NCBI GenBank assembly: GCA_037445635.1
Contig: JBBIKC010000001.1
Location: 211,595-275,594, forward strand
Direction: 5' to 3'
Source of the DNA: Chloroflexota bacterium
Lineage (GTDB): Bacteria > Chloroflexota > Anaerolineae > Anaerolineales > Villigracilaceae
DNA length: 64,000 bases
Shown here: piece by piece, positions 29,424 to 40,628 of the stretch
How the letters are laid out: each line of letters starts with the position of its first letter
Numbering within the stretch: the stretch's first letter is position 1
Notes under the pieces: model-generated
What the model saw: only the letters and a program-made list of their open reading frames with translations
Databases searched by the model: none
Told to the model about the DNA's origin: nothing
Made by a program: the position numbers and the translations under genes

Positions 29424-30794
29424 GTGCATCCCATGGACATCAAACGCCTGATCCTTGTCGGCCTGGTCGCGTTATCGTTAGCCTGCAATGCGCTTTCGCG
29501 GCGCGCCGAGACTCCGGCCACGCCGACCGCGCCCCCTACTCCTGTCCTGCTTGAACCTGCATACATTCCTCCGCAATGCGCGAACGCGCCGCTGGCGACC
29601 GTCCCGGCCGCAACCGCGCTTGCGGAGCCAACGCCCGTCCTGCAGGCCAACCCAACCATCGCGGCCGATCTTCAACTGCGTGTCTTCGAGCAGGTAACAG
29701 GCATCGTCGAGGACTCATATGTCGATCCCAACTTCAACGGCGTGGATTGGCCCGCCCTCGTAACCGAATATCGCGGAAAGATCGAAGCCGGTCTCGACAC
29801 CGAGGCCTTTTACACAGAAATGCAGGCGCTGATCACGGCACTGGGAGACGATCACTCCCATCTCGAATCGCCCGTCGAGGCGGCGCTCTCGGAAGCGGAA
29901 CTCAGCGGCGCAACGGACTTCGTCGGTATCGGCGTACTCGCACTGCCACTCACTGACAAGGGATATGTCACCGTCCTGTCCGTGTTTCCCGATTCCCCGG
30001 CCGAGCACAGCGGACTCAAACCGCACGACAGCATCCTGAGCGTGGACGGCCTGCCGCTGGTGGAGGGCGAGGAAACATTTATGCAAAGGGTGCGCGGACC
30101 GGAGTGTTCGGCGGCGGTGATCGAAGTGCAATCGCCCGGCCAAGCGCCGCGCGAGATCATGGTTGTGCGTGAGCAGATCACCAGCCCGTTGAGCGTGGAC
30201 CCGCAACTCATCCCCACTTCGGACGGCGCGCGCATCGGCTACATCTTCCTGCCCACATTCTTCGACCGGACAATCCCCGATTCGGTTGCGTCCGCGTTGA
30301 CGGATTTCGGTCCCCTCGACGGCCTCATCCTGGACAACCGCATGAACGGCGGAGGTTCCAGTGCGGTGGTTGTGCCCATCCTGTCCTTCTTCACCAGCGG
30401 GACGCTCGGCCATTACGTCAGCCGCGAGGGCTCGCGCCCGCTGACTGTCGAATCAACGCCGATTCACAATTCAGATACGGTGCCGCTGGTGATTCTGGTC
30501 GGCGAGGACACCGTGAGTTATGGCGAGATCTTCTCCGGCGCGCTCCAGGACTCCGGGCGGGCGATGATCGTCGGGCAGACAACCTTGGGGAACGTGGAAA
30601 CCCTGCACGGCTACGACCTCGAGGACGGCTCGCGGCTGTGGCTCGCGAAGGAGACCTTCATTCCCGCCGCGTCGCAGACCGGCTGGGAGGAAACGGGCAT
30701 TATCCCGGATGTGGCCGCCTACGCGGACTGGGACACGTTCACGTTCGAGAACGATCCATCCATTGCCGCGGCGCTGGCATTGCTGGGGCATTAA
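29424..30794 (+). CDS. S41 family C-terminal processing peptidase with PDZ domain (lipoprotein)
   Basis: Signal peptide and lipobox (LSLACN). PDZ-like GYVTVLSVFPDSPAEHSGLKPHDSILSVDG. S41 core DNRMNGGGS...VSYGEIFSGAL. Confidence 0.83.
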   Translation: MHPMDIKRLILVGLVALSLACNALSRRAETPATPTAPPTPVLLEPAYIPPQCANAPLATVPAATALAEPTPVLQANPTIAADLQLRVFEQVTGIVEDSYVDPNFNGVDWPALVTEYRGKIEAGLDTEAFYTEMQALITALGDDHSHLESPVEAALSEAELSGATDFVGIGVLALPLTDKGYVTVLSVFPDSPAEHSGLKPHDSILSVDGLPLVEGEETFMQRVRGPECSAAVIEVQSPGQAPREIMVVREQITSPLSVDPQLIPTSDGARIGYIFLPTFFDRTIPDSVASALTDFGPLDGLILDNRMNGGGSSAVVVPILSFFTSGTLGHYVSREGSRPLTVESTPIHNSDTVPLVILVGEDTVSYGEIFSGALQDSGRAMIVGQTTLGNVETLHGYDLEDGSRLWLAKETFIPAASQTGWEETGIIPDVAAYADWDTFTFENDPSIAAALALLGH

Positions 30795-30821
30795 TGGGGT
30801 AGGCCGAGATAATCTCGCGAC

Positions 30822-32900
30822 CTACAGCACGCGTTCGCGAAGGAACGGCGTTTCATCGGGATTGACGATCTCGTCGAACTCGCGCGCTGCGAGATGACCC
30901 GCGTACACAGCCTGCGCGATGATGTTGGGCGCGTCGGCATCGCCGATGACGCGTAACGATCCCAGCCTGCCGTCATTCAACGCGGGGAGCAGTTCGCGGT
31001 ACAGGCTGTCATTCGGGACGCGGTCAGTCACGAGCACGACCGCGTCGGCGGGGAGAGTCGATTCAGTTGAGGTTAGCGCGTGGGTAACGGTGACAGCTTC
31101 GGTTGAGAACGAAGCGATGAGATGATGCGGGAGGAGAGTCACGCCGAGGCGGAGCAGACGCGCGTAGATGCGTTCCTGCTCGAGGGTGAATTGAGTCCAA
31201 TAAGAGACCGTCGGCGCGGGCGTGACCAGAGTCACCGCGCAGCCGTTTTCGGCCAGCAGTTCGGCCAGCACGCCGCCCATGTAGTAGTGATCGTCGTCGT
31301 AGATGACAACTTCTTGGAGTCCGACGGCTTGCCGTTGGAGATTCAGCGGCGAGCCGCCTGACTCCATAATATCATCGGGCGTGAGAATGGATGGATGCTC
31401 ACCGGGAATGGGGTTGGCGCGGGCGCGCCCAATTCCATCGCGGCGATAGGTCGCGCCCGTCGCGATGATCACATTCCGAATCCCAGAGTCGAGCACGTCT
31501 TGCGCAGTCATCGGACTGGAAGGAAAGACCGCAACATTTTTCAATTTGCGAATCTGCGTCAAACGCCAGTCCATCACGCGGCGCCACTCGCCCAGTCCGG
31601 GCAGTTGCGATTCGAGATGGACGCGCCCGCCGAGTTCGCGGCGCGCTTCGGTGAGCGTGACGCGGTAGCCGCGCTGGCCGAGGGCGCGGGCGGCCTCCAG
31701 TCCCGCGGGTCCGCCGCCGACCACCAAAATCTCTTTCTCACTTTTCCTCGGCGCGATGATCTCGGGATGCCAGCCGCGCCGCCACTCCTCGCCCATGGTC
31801 GGGTTTTGCGTGCAGCGCAGCGGCGCGAAGCGCGTGTCGCCCGTGACGCAGATGTTACAGCCGATGCATTCGCGGATGTCCTCGATGCGGCCCTCTTTAA
31901 TCTTGTTCGGCAGGAAGGGATCGGCAATCGAGGGGCGCGCCGCGCCGATCAAATCCATCACGCCGCGTTGGACCGCCGAGAGCATGGCGTCGGGCGAGGT
32001 GTATCGCCCCACGCCCACGACGGGTTTGGTGGTGAGCCGCTTGACGAACGAAACGTACTTTTCCTGAAAGCCTTCTTTTTCAAAACGGGACGTGGCCGAA
32101 TCGTTGCTCCAGTCGCTGACGTTGACGTCCCACAGGTCGGGCAGTTCGGCCAGCATCGAGACGATGTCCTGCGCTTCCCCACTTGACTCGAGGCCCGCGT
32201 CGCCGATTAACTCGTCCACCGCCAATCTGACAACGACCGCGCACGTATCGCCGACCGCGTCTTTCGTGTCCTCGATCAACTCGCGCAAAAATCGGACGCG
32301 GTTCCCCAAAGTCCCGCCGTATTCGTCGGCGCGGTCGTTGTGCTTCGAGAGTAGATGCATGGCCAGCGACATGCCATGCGCGGCGTAGACGTAGATGAGG
32401 TCGAAGCCCGCGCGTTGGGCGCGTAGTGCCGCGGCGCGATGCCACTGGCGCACCTGCCGCAGGTCGTCTTTCGAGGCAGCGCGCGTCTGGCCGGGCTCGT
32501 AACCGCTTCCGCCGGTGATGCCCATCGAGCGCGGACCGAACGCGGCGGCGCGCGAGTACAGGTTAGAGGCATCGTGACTGCTATAGGTCAATTCGATGCC
32601 CGCCAGCGACCCGTGCGCGTGGACCGCGTCCGCGAGCAGGGCCAGCGCGGGGAGGTCGTCGTCGCTCCACAGGCGGCCTTCGATGTAAGGCGTGAGGTCG
32701 GTGGTGTGGTGAATGTCCACTTCCTCGGTGCACACCACGCCCCATCCGCCCTCGGCCTTGACGCCGCGCATGGCCGCGTGCGAGCGCGGCATCCGCCAGC
32801 CGAAGCCGTTGCAATGCGGCACCTGATAGAAGCGGTTCGGCGCAGTCACGGGTCCGATTTGGATGGGTTGGAAGAGGAGGGAGAAGGGGTTTGAGTTCAT
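30822..32900 (-). CDS. two-domain flavoprotein oxidoreductase (OYE-like FMN domain, 4Fe-4S motif, FAD/NAD(P) domain; 2,4-dienoyl-CoA reductase / trimethylamine dehydrogenase family)
   Basis: 692 aa. N-terminal APNRFYQVPH, a CIGCNICV cluster motif, and GGGPAGLEAA Rossmann motifs. Confidence 0.82.
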   Translation of the reverse strand: MNSNPFSLLFQPIQIGPVTAPNRFYQVPHCNGFGWRMPRSHAAMRGVKAEGGWGVVCTEEVDIHHTTDLTPYIEGRLWSDDDLPALALLADAVHAHGSLAGIELTYSSHDASNLYSRAAAFGPRSMGITGGSGYEPGQTRAASKDDLRQVRQWHRAAALRAQRAGFDLIYVYAAHGMSLAMHLLSKHNDRADEYGGTLGNRVRFLRELIEDTKDAVGDTCAVVVRLAVDELIGDAGLESSGEAQDIVSMLAELPDLWDVNVSDWSNDSATSRFEKEGFQEKYVSFVKRLTTKPVVGVGRYTSPDAMLSAVQRGVMDLIGAARPSIADPFLPNKIKEGRIEDIRECIGCNICVTGDTRFAPLRCTQNPTMGEEWRRGWHPEIIAPRKSEKEILVVGGGPAGLEAARALGQRGYRVTLTEARRELGGRVHLESQLPGLGEWRRVMDWRLTQIRKLKNVAVFPSSPMTAQDVLDSGIRNVIIATGATYRRDGIGRARANPIPGEHPSILTPDDIMESGGSPLNLQRQAVGLQEVVIYDDDHYYMGGVLAELLAENGCAVTLVTPAPTVSYWTQFTLEQERIYARLLRLGVTLLPHHLIASFSTEAVTVTHALTSTESTLPADAVVLVTDRVPNDSLYRELLPALNDGRLGSLRVIGDADAPNIIAQAVYAGHLAAREFDEIVNPDETPFLRERVL

Positions 32901-33071
32901 GTTGTTGCCTCGTAGGGAGCAGAAGCGTATAATCTCACACAGGGAGTTGTGTGGCCAGTGGTTGTATAATATCCCAAAATGGGCGCTTAGAAAGCCAATG
33001 GCTGTATAAGACCTAATTGGGCTTCCTCTTTCCAGGCAAAAACGAAATCAGGAAACAAGGGAAAAGAACAA

Positions 33072-33587
33072 ATGGATAATCAGCCTAAAAAACAAACCAG
33101 TAAACCAAAATCATCTCTTTGGAAAAGAATAGTCATTAGTGGATGCAGTGTAATTGCTATGTGCTTATTGTGCGGCTTTGGTATCTTTGCATTTACATTG
33201 TGGGGCGGCGGTGGAGAACCAGCAACACTTGCCGTTGCCGAAAGAGTAGACCAAGAATTCCTCCAAGCCATTCACGATGGACAGATTGCCAAAGCACATT
33301 CAATGCTTTCTGAGAAATTTGTTCCTCAAATATCTGAAGAGCAATTTGCCGAATTAATTCAGAAAGATGAGAAGATCTTCTCAACATACAAAGGTTTTAA
33401 TGTCTGTGATTGGGGATTCTTTATCAGTGATGGACGCGTGATAACGTCAAGCGGGTTACTCTATTACGAAGGCGGAGTAATTGTCGTTGAAATATCCTTA
33501 CACAAGGATTCTGATTCGGTTTGGCGAATTCAAGGTCTTAGGTTTAGGTCTGATGTTGACCCAAAACCATTTGGCATGTGTAAATGA
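33072..33587 (+). CDS. hypothetical membrane-anchored protein in an AT-rich segment
   Basis: 171 aa. Lys-rich N-terminus then one TM (ISGCSVIAMCLLCGFGIFAFTLW). Markedly AT-richer than the flanks. No family recognised. Confidence 0.5.
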   Translation: MDNQPKKQTSKPKSSLWKRIVISGCSVIAMCLLCGFGIFAFTLWGGGGEPATLAVAERVDQEFLQAIHDGQIAKAHSMLSEKFVPQISEEQFAELIQKDEKIFSTYKGFNVCDWGFFISDGRVITSSGLLYYEGGVIVVEISLHKDSDSVWRIQGLRFRSDVDPKPFGMCK

Positions 33588-33645
33588 GAATGACAACCCA
33601 ACACAGCACGCTAGCACGAACTATTAGCTACAAAGGAGTCTCTTA

Positions 33646-34269
33646 ATGGCTGAAAACGTCCTTGCAAAGTTATTCGAGCACAACAACCGGGCGAACCACC
33701 AGATCATCCAAGCTTGCTCCACGCTGAGCGATGAGCAACTGGATGCCGAACCCCAGTCCGTCACAAAAGGGAGCATTCGCGCTACCTTGACTCATCTGGT
33801 AAGTTCGCAACACAATTACCTGTCACTGCTGACCCTGCCCGTTGAGGCACGAGTCCGCGTCACGCCCACGGCCGCCGAATGGGAGGGGTCCGCGAGGGCC
33901 AGCGGCGAAGGGTTGCTGTCCCTGGCGAGAGGCGAGAAACCACTGGATACTCGGCTCCAAACCACGGACGGATTCCATGTCGAGCCGTGGGTGGTCATGG
34001 TGCAGGCGATCAATCACGCCACTGAGCACCGCGAGCAGATCAAGAGCATGCTCACGTCACTGGGCGTCACGCCTCCAGATATCGACGGTTGGGATTTTGG
34101 AGACGCGACCAAAGCACTCGTGCCGATGCCAGTTACGAAAACACCTGGGAGGCGTTATTCACGATGTGCGATCTCTTCCGAAGAGTGGCACTTTCCGTTG
34201 CGGAGCATTTTAGCTTTGACTATCCTCACGGCGACGACCAGAGGGTCAGCGCGCATCTCGAACACGTGA
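33646..34269 (+). CDS. DinB-family protein with an apparently non-native extended C-terminus
   Basis: FEHNNRANHQII...TLTHLVSSQHNY...INHATEHREQI is the DinB His-triad pattern. After about residue 150 the sequence loses family character and overlaps an out-of-frame ANT(6)-like remnant. Confidence 0.68.
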   Translation: MAENVLAKLFEHNNRANHQIIQACSTLSDEQLDAEPQSVTKGSIRATLTHLVSSQHNYLSLLTLPVEARVRVTPTAAEWEGSARASGEGLLSLARGEKPLDTRLQTTDGFHVEPWVVMVQAINHATEHREQIKSMLTSLGVTPPDIDGWDFGDATKALVPMPVTKTPGRRYSRCAISSEEWHFPLRSILALTILTATTRGSARISNT

Positions 34270-34304
34270 GGTCCTTGCCCAAAGACGCCAGGGAGATGTA
34301 CTAG
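34128..34304 (+). pseudogene. 3' remnant of an aminoglycoside 6-nucleotidyltransferase (ANT(6)/AadK-like) gene
   Basis: YENTWEALFTMCDLFRRVALSVAEHFSFDYPHGDDQRVSAHLEHVRSLPKDAREMY resembles, from memory, only the extreme C-terminus of ANT(6) enzymes. No N-terminal nucleotidyltransferase part is present upstream. Confidence 0.55.
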
Positions 34305-34319
34305 AAGTAGCGTTATCTC

Positions 34320-34354
34320 AGGGGTTTTATATAGAACATATTTTCTGGTATAAT
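34320..34354 (+). promoter_or_regulatory. candidate extended -10 promoter for the DUF1761 gene
   Basis: TGGTATAAT at 34346-34354, 49 nt upstream of ATG 34403. The upstream tract is AT-rich. Confidence 0.45.
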
Positions 34355-34402
34355 GCCCCACAGATTGGCGCGTGCCAATCCACATCGCCAAAGGAGGCTC
34401 GA

Positions 34403-34828
34403 ATGGACTTTAGCAGTATCAATTGGTTGGCCGTTATCGCTTGCGTCATCGTCAGCATGATCAGCGGCTCGCTCTGGTACAACCCGAAGACGTTCTTCCC
34501 CGCCTGGTGGAAGGGCATCGGCAAGGGAGAGAACGAACAGCCCGGCACGAGCAACATGGGCATGACCTGGGCGCTTACCGTGCTCTCCTCATTCGTTCAG
34601 GCAGTAGCCATGTCCCTGATGGTCACCGCCATGGGGAGTCTGTCCGGCGGCGCGACGCTCGCCTCCGGCGCGCTGGCCGGCTTCATGCTCTGGCTCGGCT
34701 TCGTCGCACCTACAAACCTGGTCAACAAACTGTTCGCGGGGCATGGATTGAAAGTCTGGGCCATCGAAGCGGGCAATCACCTCGTCAACTTCGTGCTCTT
34801 CGGCGCCATTCTGGGCGCGTGGCGTTAA
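34403..34828 (+). CDS. DUF1761-like membrane protein
   Basis: 141 aa with 4 TM helices. N-terminal INWLAVIACVIVSMISGSLWYNPKTFFPAWW is typical of DUF1761. Confidence 0.7.
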   Translation: MDFSSINWLAVIACVIVSMISGSLWYNPKTFFPAWWKGIGKGENEQPGTSNMGMTWALTVLSSFVQAVAMSLMVTAMGSLSGGATLASGALAGFMLWLGFVAPTNLVNKLFAGHGLKVWAIEAGNHLVNFVLFGAILGAWR

Positions 34829-34846
34829 GCGCAAACGCACTCTAAA

Positions 34847-34878
34847 AACAAGCGGACGGCAGATGCCGTCCGCTTGTT
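34847..34878 (+). terminator. strong hairpin after the DUF1761 gene
   Basis: Perfect 14-bp stem AACAAGCGGACGGC/GCCGTCCGCTTGTT with loop AGAT. The T-tract is weak. Confidence 0.6.
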
Positions 34879-35040
34879 GTATCACCGCGACTGATTCGGC
34901 ACAGGATCGGGTAATATGATGAATATCACTTGAATCCACAGGTTCCGTGTTGTATAGTGAATACGATAACATGATTGAGGGGCAAGCCCGATGCAAGGCT
35001 TGCCTCCTGCGTTCTCTGCAAACAGCGAAAGGAGAAAGGC

Positions 35041-35292
35041 ATGGGATTCCTGAAGAAACTGTTCGGGGGCGGCAATGGCGTCAAGTTCGTGCGTCGTTAT
35101 ACGCAGACCAAAAGTACACCCTACGGAATGGCAACCTTCAAGTATGAGATCTACCGCGCCGGGACTGCACAGGAGGCGCGTGAATTCCTTGAGGGCAAGG
35201 CGGTCACCGAGAGGTTGTCCTACATCGTCGTCGAGACGCCGGAGGGCAACTGGGGCAAGGACATCGAGGGGATGTACAAGGAGAAGGGATAA
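35041..35292 (+). CDS. small hypothetical protein
   Basis: 83 aa starting at ATG 35041, preceded by AAAGGAGAAAGG. No family recognised. Confidence 0.45.
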   Translation: MGFLKKLFGGGNGVKFVRRYTQTKSTPYGMATFKYEIYRAGTAQEAREFLEGKAVTERLSYIVVETPEGNWGKDIEGMYKEKG

Positions 35293-35296
35293 GATC

Positions 35297-35578
35297 ATGC
35301 CGCCCTTTTCCCTCTTCGGGCGCCGAAAAAAGCCTGCGAAAGTGAACGCGGGCAAGACCTTCGATGCGGCAGGCATCATTGGCATCCCACCGGCCTTCGA
35401 CCTGAAGAACATTGCCATGGGCCAGCAGGAGACCGTGGTCATGCCCATCGAATGCGGCGGATGTGGCAAACAATGGAAGGACGCGCTGGTCCCCAACAAG
35501 GAAAACCTGGTGACCTGTCCCTTCTGCGGAGGGATCAACAGGACCACGCTCAACGCACAGGTGTTTTTTGTAAAGTAG
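35297..35578 (+). CDS. small zinc-ribbon-like hypothetical protein
   Basis: 93 aa. Paired CxxC motifs (CGGCGKQW ... CPFCGG). Starts 5 nt after the preceding stop. Confidence 0.45.
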   Translation: MPPFSLFGRRKKPAKVNAGKTFDAAGIIGIPPAFDLKNIAMGQQETVVMPIECGGCGKQWKDALVPNKENLVTCPFCGGINRTTLNAQVFFVK

Positions 35579-35690
35579 CCAGCGCTCAACCCGAAAAGGC
35601 TTCAGGTGGTCACAATAAATCGGCACATCAAAGGGGAAATGACGTGTTAACGACCAGTTGCAATACTTACGTTTTCCAAAAGGAGAAAGT

Positions 35691-36326
35691 ATGAAAAAGA
35701 CTCTTTGCCTACTTACGGCGCTTGTGCTCGCGGCCTGCGCACAGACGACGCCAACCGCGTTGCCCTCAGAAGCGCCCATTCCCGCCGCAGACACCGCCGC
35801 GCCCGCCCAGCCCCACATCGGCGATCCGCTCCCGGCGGGAGATGGCCTCACTGTCACTGCCATTGAGTATGAGACCGCGGCAGAGATCATGTACCTGACC
35901 CAGTCAGGAGGCGCGGCAACCCAGCCCTCGGCGGGAAAGAAGTTTCACCTTGTCGCCGTCGAATTGGAGCTTGCCAGCGGTTCCCGCACGATGACGTTGA
36001 GCCTGGACGACATCGTTCTCATCACTGAAAGCGGCGAAGAAACGACCGCGTCCACCCTCACGCTCGGCCCGGACCCAGGCACTGCTCCCTCCGACCTGGC
36101 TTTTTTCAAAGGTGTCGGCGAAGACGGCAGGAACCTCGACTTCGGGCTTGGCTTCACCGGCATGGACATGACGGCAACGTACTCATATGGCCCAGAGGGA
36201 GTTAGCCTGGGCAAATATCACGGCGACAATCCCGTCAGGCTGACATTTCTGTTCGAGGTGACTGCGTCCGCTTCCGTGAAGGCGTTCAGATTTGGCGATC
36301 TGCCTGAGGTCTTATTGGCACAGTAA
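35691..36326 (+). CDS. lipoprotein, possibly DUF4352-like
   Basis: MKKTLCLLTALVLAACAQ lipobox, with AAGGAGAAAG upstream. Beta-rich body (KKFHLVAVELELASGS). Confidence 0.6.
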   Translation: MKKTLCLLTALVLAACAQTTPTALPSEAPIPAADTAAPAQPHIGDPLPAGDGLTVTAIEYETAAEIMYLTQSGGAATQPSAGKKFHLVAVELELASGSRTMTLSLDDIVLITESGEETTASTLTLGPDPGTAPSDLAFFKGVGEDGRNLDFGLGFTGMDMTATYSYGPEGVSLGKYHGDNPVRLTFLFEVTASASVKAFRFGDLPEVLLAQ

Positions 36327-36337
36327 GGAACGCCGGG

Positions 36338-36598
36338 ATGGACAACAAAAGAAAATTGCCGTCTAAAACAACGGGATATGTCCTGTTGGGAGCAGGCCTC
36401 CTGTTGCTCTTGACTTTCTGCTGTGATATGACAACCGCCTTTTCCAGCGGCGTCGAAGGGACGATTATCGGGTCAATCGTCAAGAGCATCTGGGGCGAAA
36501 ACATTATGGCCTATCGGATTGCGACAACCGTTGTGGTCTTCATTTCCATACCGATTACCATCATCGGGGCCGGCATCGCGTTCAGGAAGCAAAAGTAG
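36338..36598 (+). CDS. small two-TM membrane protein, hypothetical
   Basis: 86 aa with two hydrophobic helices. No family recognised. Confidence 0.4.
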   Translation: MDNKRKLPSKTTGYVLLGAGLLLLLTFCCDMTTAFSSGVEGTIIGSIVKSIWGENIMAYRIATTVVVFISIPITIIGAGIAFRKQK

Positions 36599-36620
36599 GC
36601 GGGGAAAAGAACGGAGAGAT

Positions 36621-36899
36621 TCAATAGAAAACAAGAACGCGGCCTGGCTCGGCCGCGTTCTTAAACATCCCTTCAACAAGGAAACGTCTTTTTTCCCCTT
36701 CTGCTGGCAATACCAACGGAGGCAATTCCGTCAACGAATCGATGCCGAAATGCTGCAGGGATTCGGGCGTGGTGCTGTATAGAATTGGCCGTCCGAGACC
36801 CTCGGCGCGGCCCGCATCCTGAATGAGTCCCTTGCTCAACAGCGACTTCAGCACTCCATCCGAGTTGACGCCGCGCACGGCGGCATGCGAGCGCGGCAT
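36621..36899 (-). pseudogene. scpB: truncated scpB (C-terminal winged-helix part only)
   Basis: RGVNSDGVLKSLLSKGLIQDAGRAEGLGRPILYSTTPESLQHFGIDSLTELP matches the second wHTH of ScpB. The N-terminal half is missing. The first 8 codons (MPRSHAAV) copy the oxidoreductase gene; RGV is shared with ScpB. The last codons are encoded by a terminator-like hairpin. Confidence 0.6.
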
Positions 36900-36904
36900 G
36901 TGCC

Positions 36905-36939
36905 AAAAGAGGCGCTGTCCGTTGGATGCGCCTCTTTTT
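36905..36939. terminator. bidirectional intrinsic terminator downstream of fbaB
   Basis: Stem AAAAGAGGCGC/GCGCCTCTTTT with a 13-nt loop, and A/T runs on both sides. Confidence 0.7.
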
Positions 36940-36949
36940 CATCGTCAAT

Positions 36950-38014
<1,065 letters not shown>

Positions 38015-38206
38015 CGTACGTCTCCTTGCCCGCCGTGATCCGCCGGGCGTCTTGAAATTTTTGCTCCCTGAACGGGAGTTTTTTACCTGATATGCCTGTG
38101 CGTCGGGCAGGAACTTTTGTTTCTTGATTATAACCAGAAACTACGACTATAATGGGGATATGCGACTCAAGTGAACAGGCTTCGTATATCGTCGCAGGAG
38201 GCACCC

Positions 38207-38728
38207 ATGAGCGATTTCTTCGAGAAAGTCACCAGCGACCAGGATCCCTTCAAAAAACTGGTCAGCAACATTCCCGGCTTCGGCGGCTACGTGGAACGCC
38301 AGAACCGCCGCGCCGCGGACAAACTGCTGCGTGAGACCGTCGCCCGCCGCTTCGAGGAGCACGTCAAGCGCGCCTCGAACCTGCAGGCCGACATGGTCAG
38401 CGCGGGCACGATCGGGCTGGTGGACGATATGGAAAAAGCCGCCCGCCAGTTACAAACCTTTGTGGACAAAATCAGCACAGCCTCGTACGGCGCGAGCGGC
38501 CTGTTCGACGCAATCAAAATCAACGAAGAGGAACTGGCGCAGTTATACCAATTCGACGCGGCCTTCTTCGATCTGGGCGACCAGATTGGCCGCGGCCTGG
38601 ACACGGTCGAAGCCTCGCTTCAGGACGAGACAGCCCTGCCCGCCGCCATCCGCAACGTGATCACACTGGCGCGCCAGGCCGTGGACACCTTCGACCGCCG
38701 CCGTGAAGTCGTCACCGGCAGCAAGTAA
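38207..38728 (+). CDS. conserved-looking hypothetical protein (helical)
   Basis: 173 aa from ATG 38207, with AGGAGG upstream. No family recognised. Confidence 0.5.
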   Translation: MSDFFEKVTSDQDPFKKLVSNIPGFGGYVERQNRRAADKLLRETVARRFEEHVKRASNLQADMVSAGTIGLVDDMEKAARQLQTFVDKISTASYGASGLFDAIKINEEELAQLYQFDAAFFDLGDQIGRGLDTVEASLQDETALPAAIRNVITLARQAVDTFDRRREVVTGSK

Positions 38729-38736
38729 GTCACCAT

Positions 38737-38769
38737 AAACCCTAAAGGTCTTCGAGACCTTTAGGGTTT
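38737..38769 (+). terminator. palindromic repeat acting as a probable terminator (family AAACCCTAAAGGTCT..AGACCTTTAGGGTTT)
   Basis: 15-bp arms with a 3-nt loop, followed by ATTTAAC. A near-identical copy lies inside hsdR at 50626-50660. Confidence 0.6.
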
Positions 38770-38786
38770 ATTTAACAGGAACCCGC

Positions 38787-40193
<1,407 letters not shown>

Positions 40194-40201
40194 GGTGATG
40201 C

Positions 40202-40621
40202 ATGGGAAAATATTCGTCCTACGAACGCAAAATGCCGCCGCCTGTCCGCGAACCGCATCCCATCTGGCGCGGCTTCGGCTGCCTGATGTTCCTGATCGTG
40301 CCGGCCTTCTCGTTCGCGGTCTCGGTGATGATTGTGCGAATTGGCCGGGAGAACGATTGGCCCCTTCCGGTTGAATTGCTGGGCAGGCCGCAGGTGCCGG
40401 ATATCTTGTTCCGCATCCCGGGCCTGGTGCCGCTCTGGCAATTCATCGAAAACCAGAGAGATCTGTACGCCCACCTGGCGCTGACACTGGTCATCAGCCT
40501 CGTGTTGATGGGCATCCTGTCGGTGGTGTACGCGTTCGTGTACCGCTATGTCGGTCCGCCGCGGTACGGACCGCTGGACGCGCCGCCGACCGGCGTCAGA
40601 GCAAAGCGCTACAAAAGATAG
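40202..40621 (+). CDS. two-TM membrane protein encoded between the XDH subunit genes
   Basis: 139 aa with two clear TM helices. 8 nt after the previous stop and 7 nt before the next start. No family recognised. Confidence 0.5.
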   Translation: MGKYSSYERKMPPPVREPHPIWRGFGCLMFLIVPAFSFAVSVMIVRIGRENDWPLPVELLGRPQVPDILFRIPGLVPLWQFIENQRDLYAHLALTLVISLVLMGILSVVYAFVYRYVGPPRYGPLDAPPTGVRAKRYKR

Positions 40622-40628
40622 AACAAAG

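Noticed and set aside
34882-35890. Minus-strand ORFs 34882..35589 and 35204..35890
   Set aside because: They overlap three plus-strand genes that have good RBS-start geometry and a lipobox. They have no motifs and an odd composition.
32758-36899. 35-bp direct repeats read as the target-site duplication of a transposon or integrative element
   Set aside because: They are too long and imperfect for a TSD. No transposase, integrase or terminal inverted repeats lie between them. One copy is internal to an intact gene. They are reported instead as a possible recombination scar.
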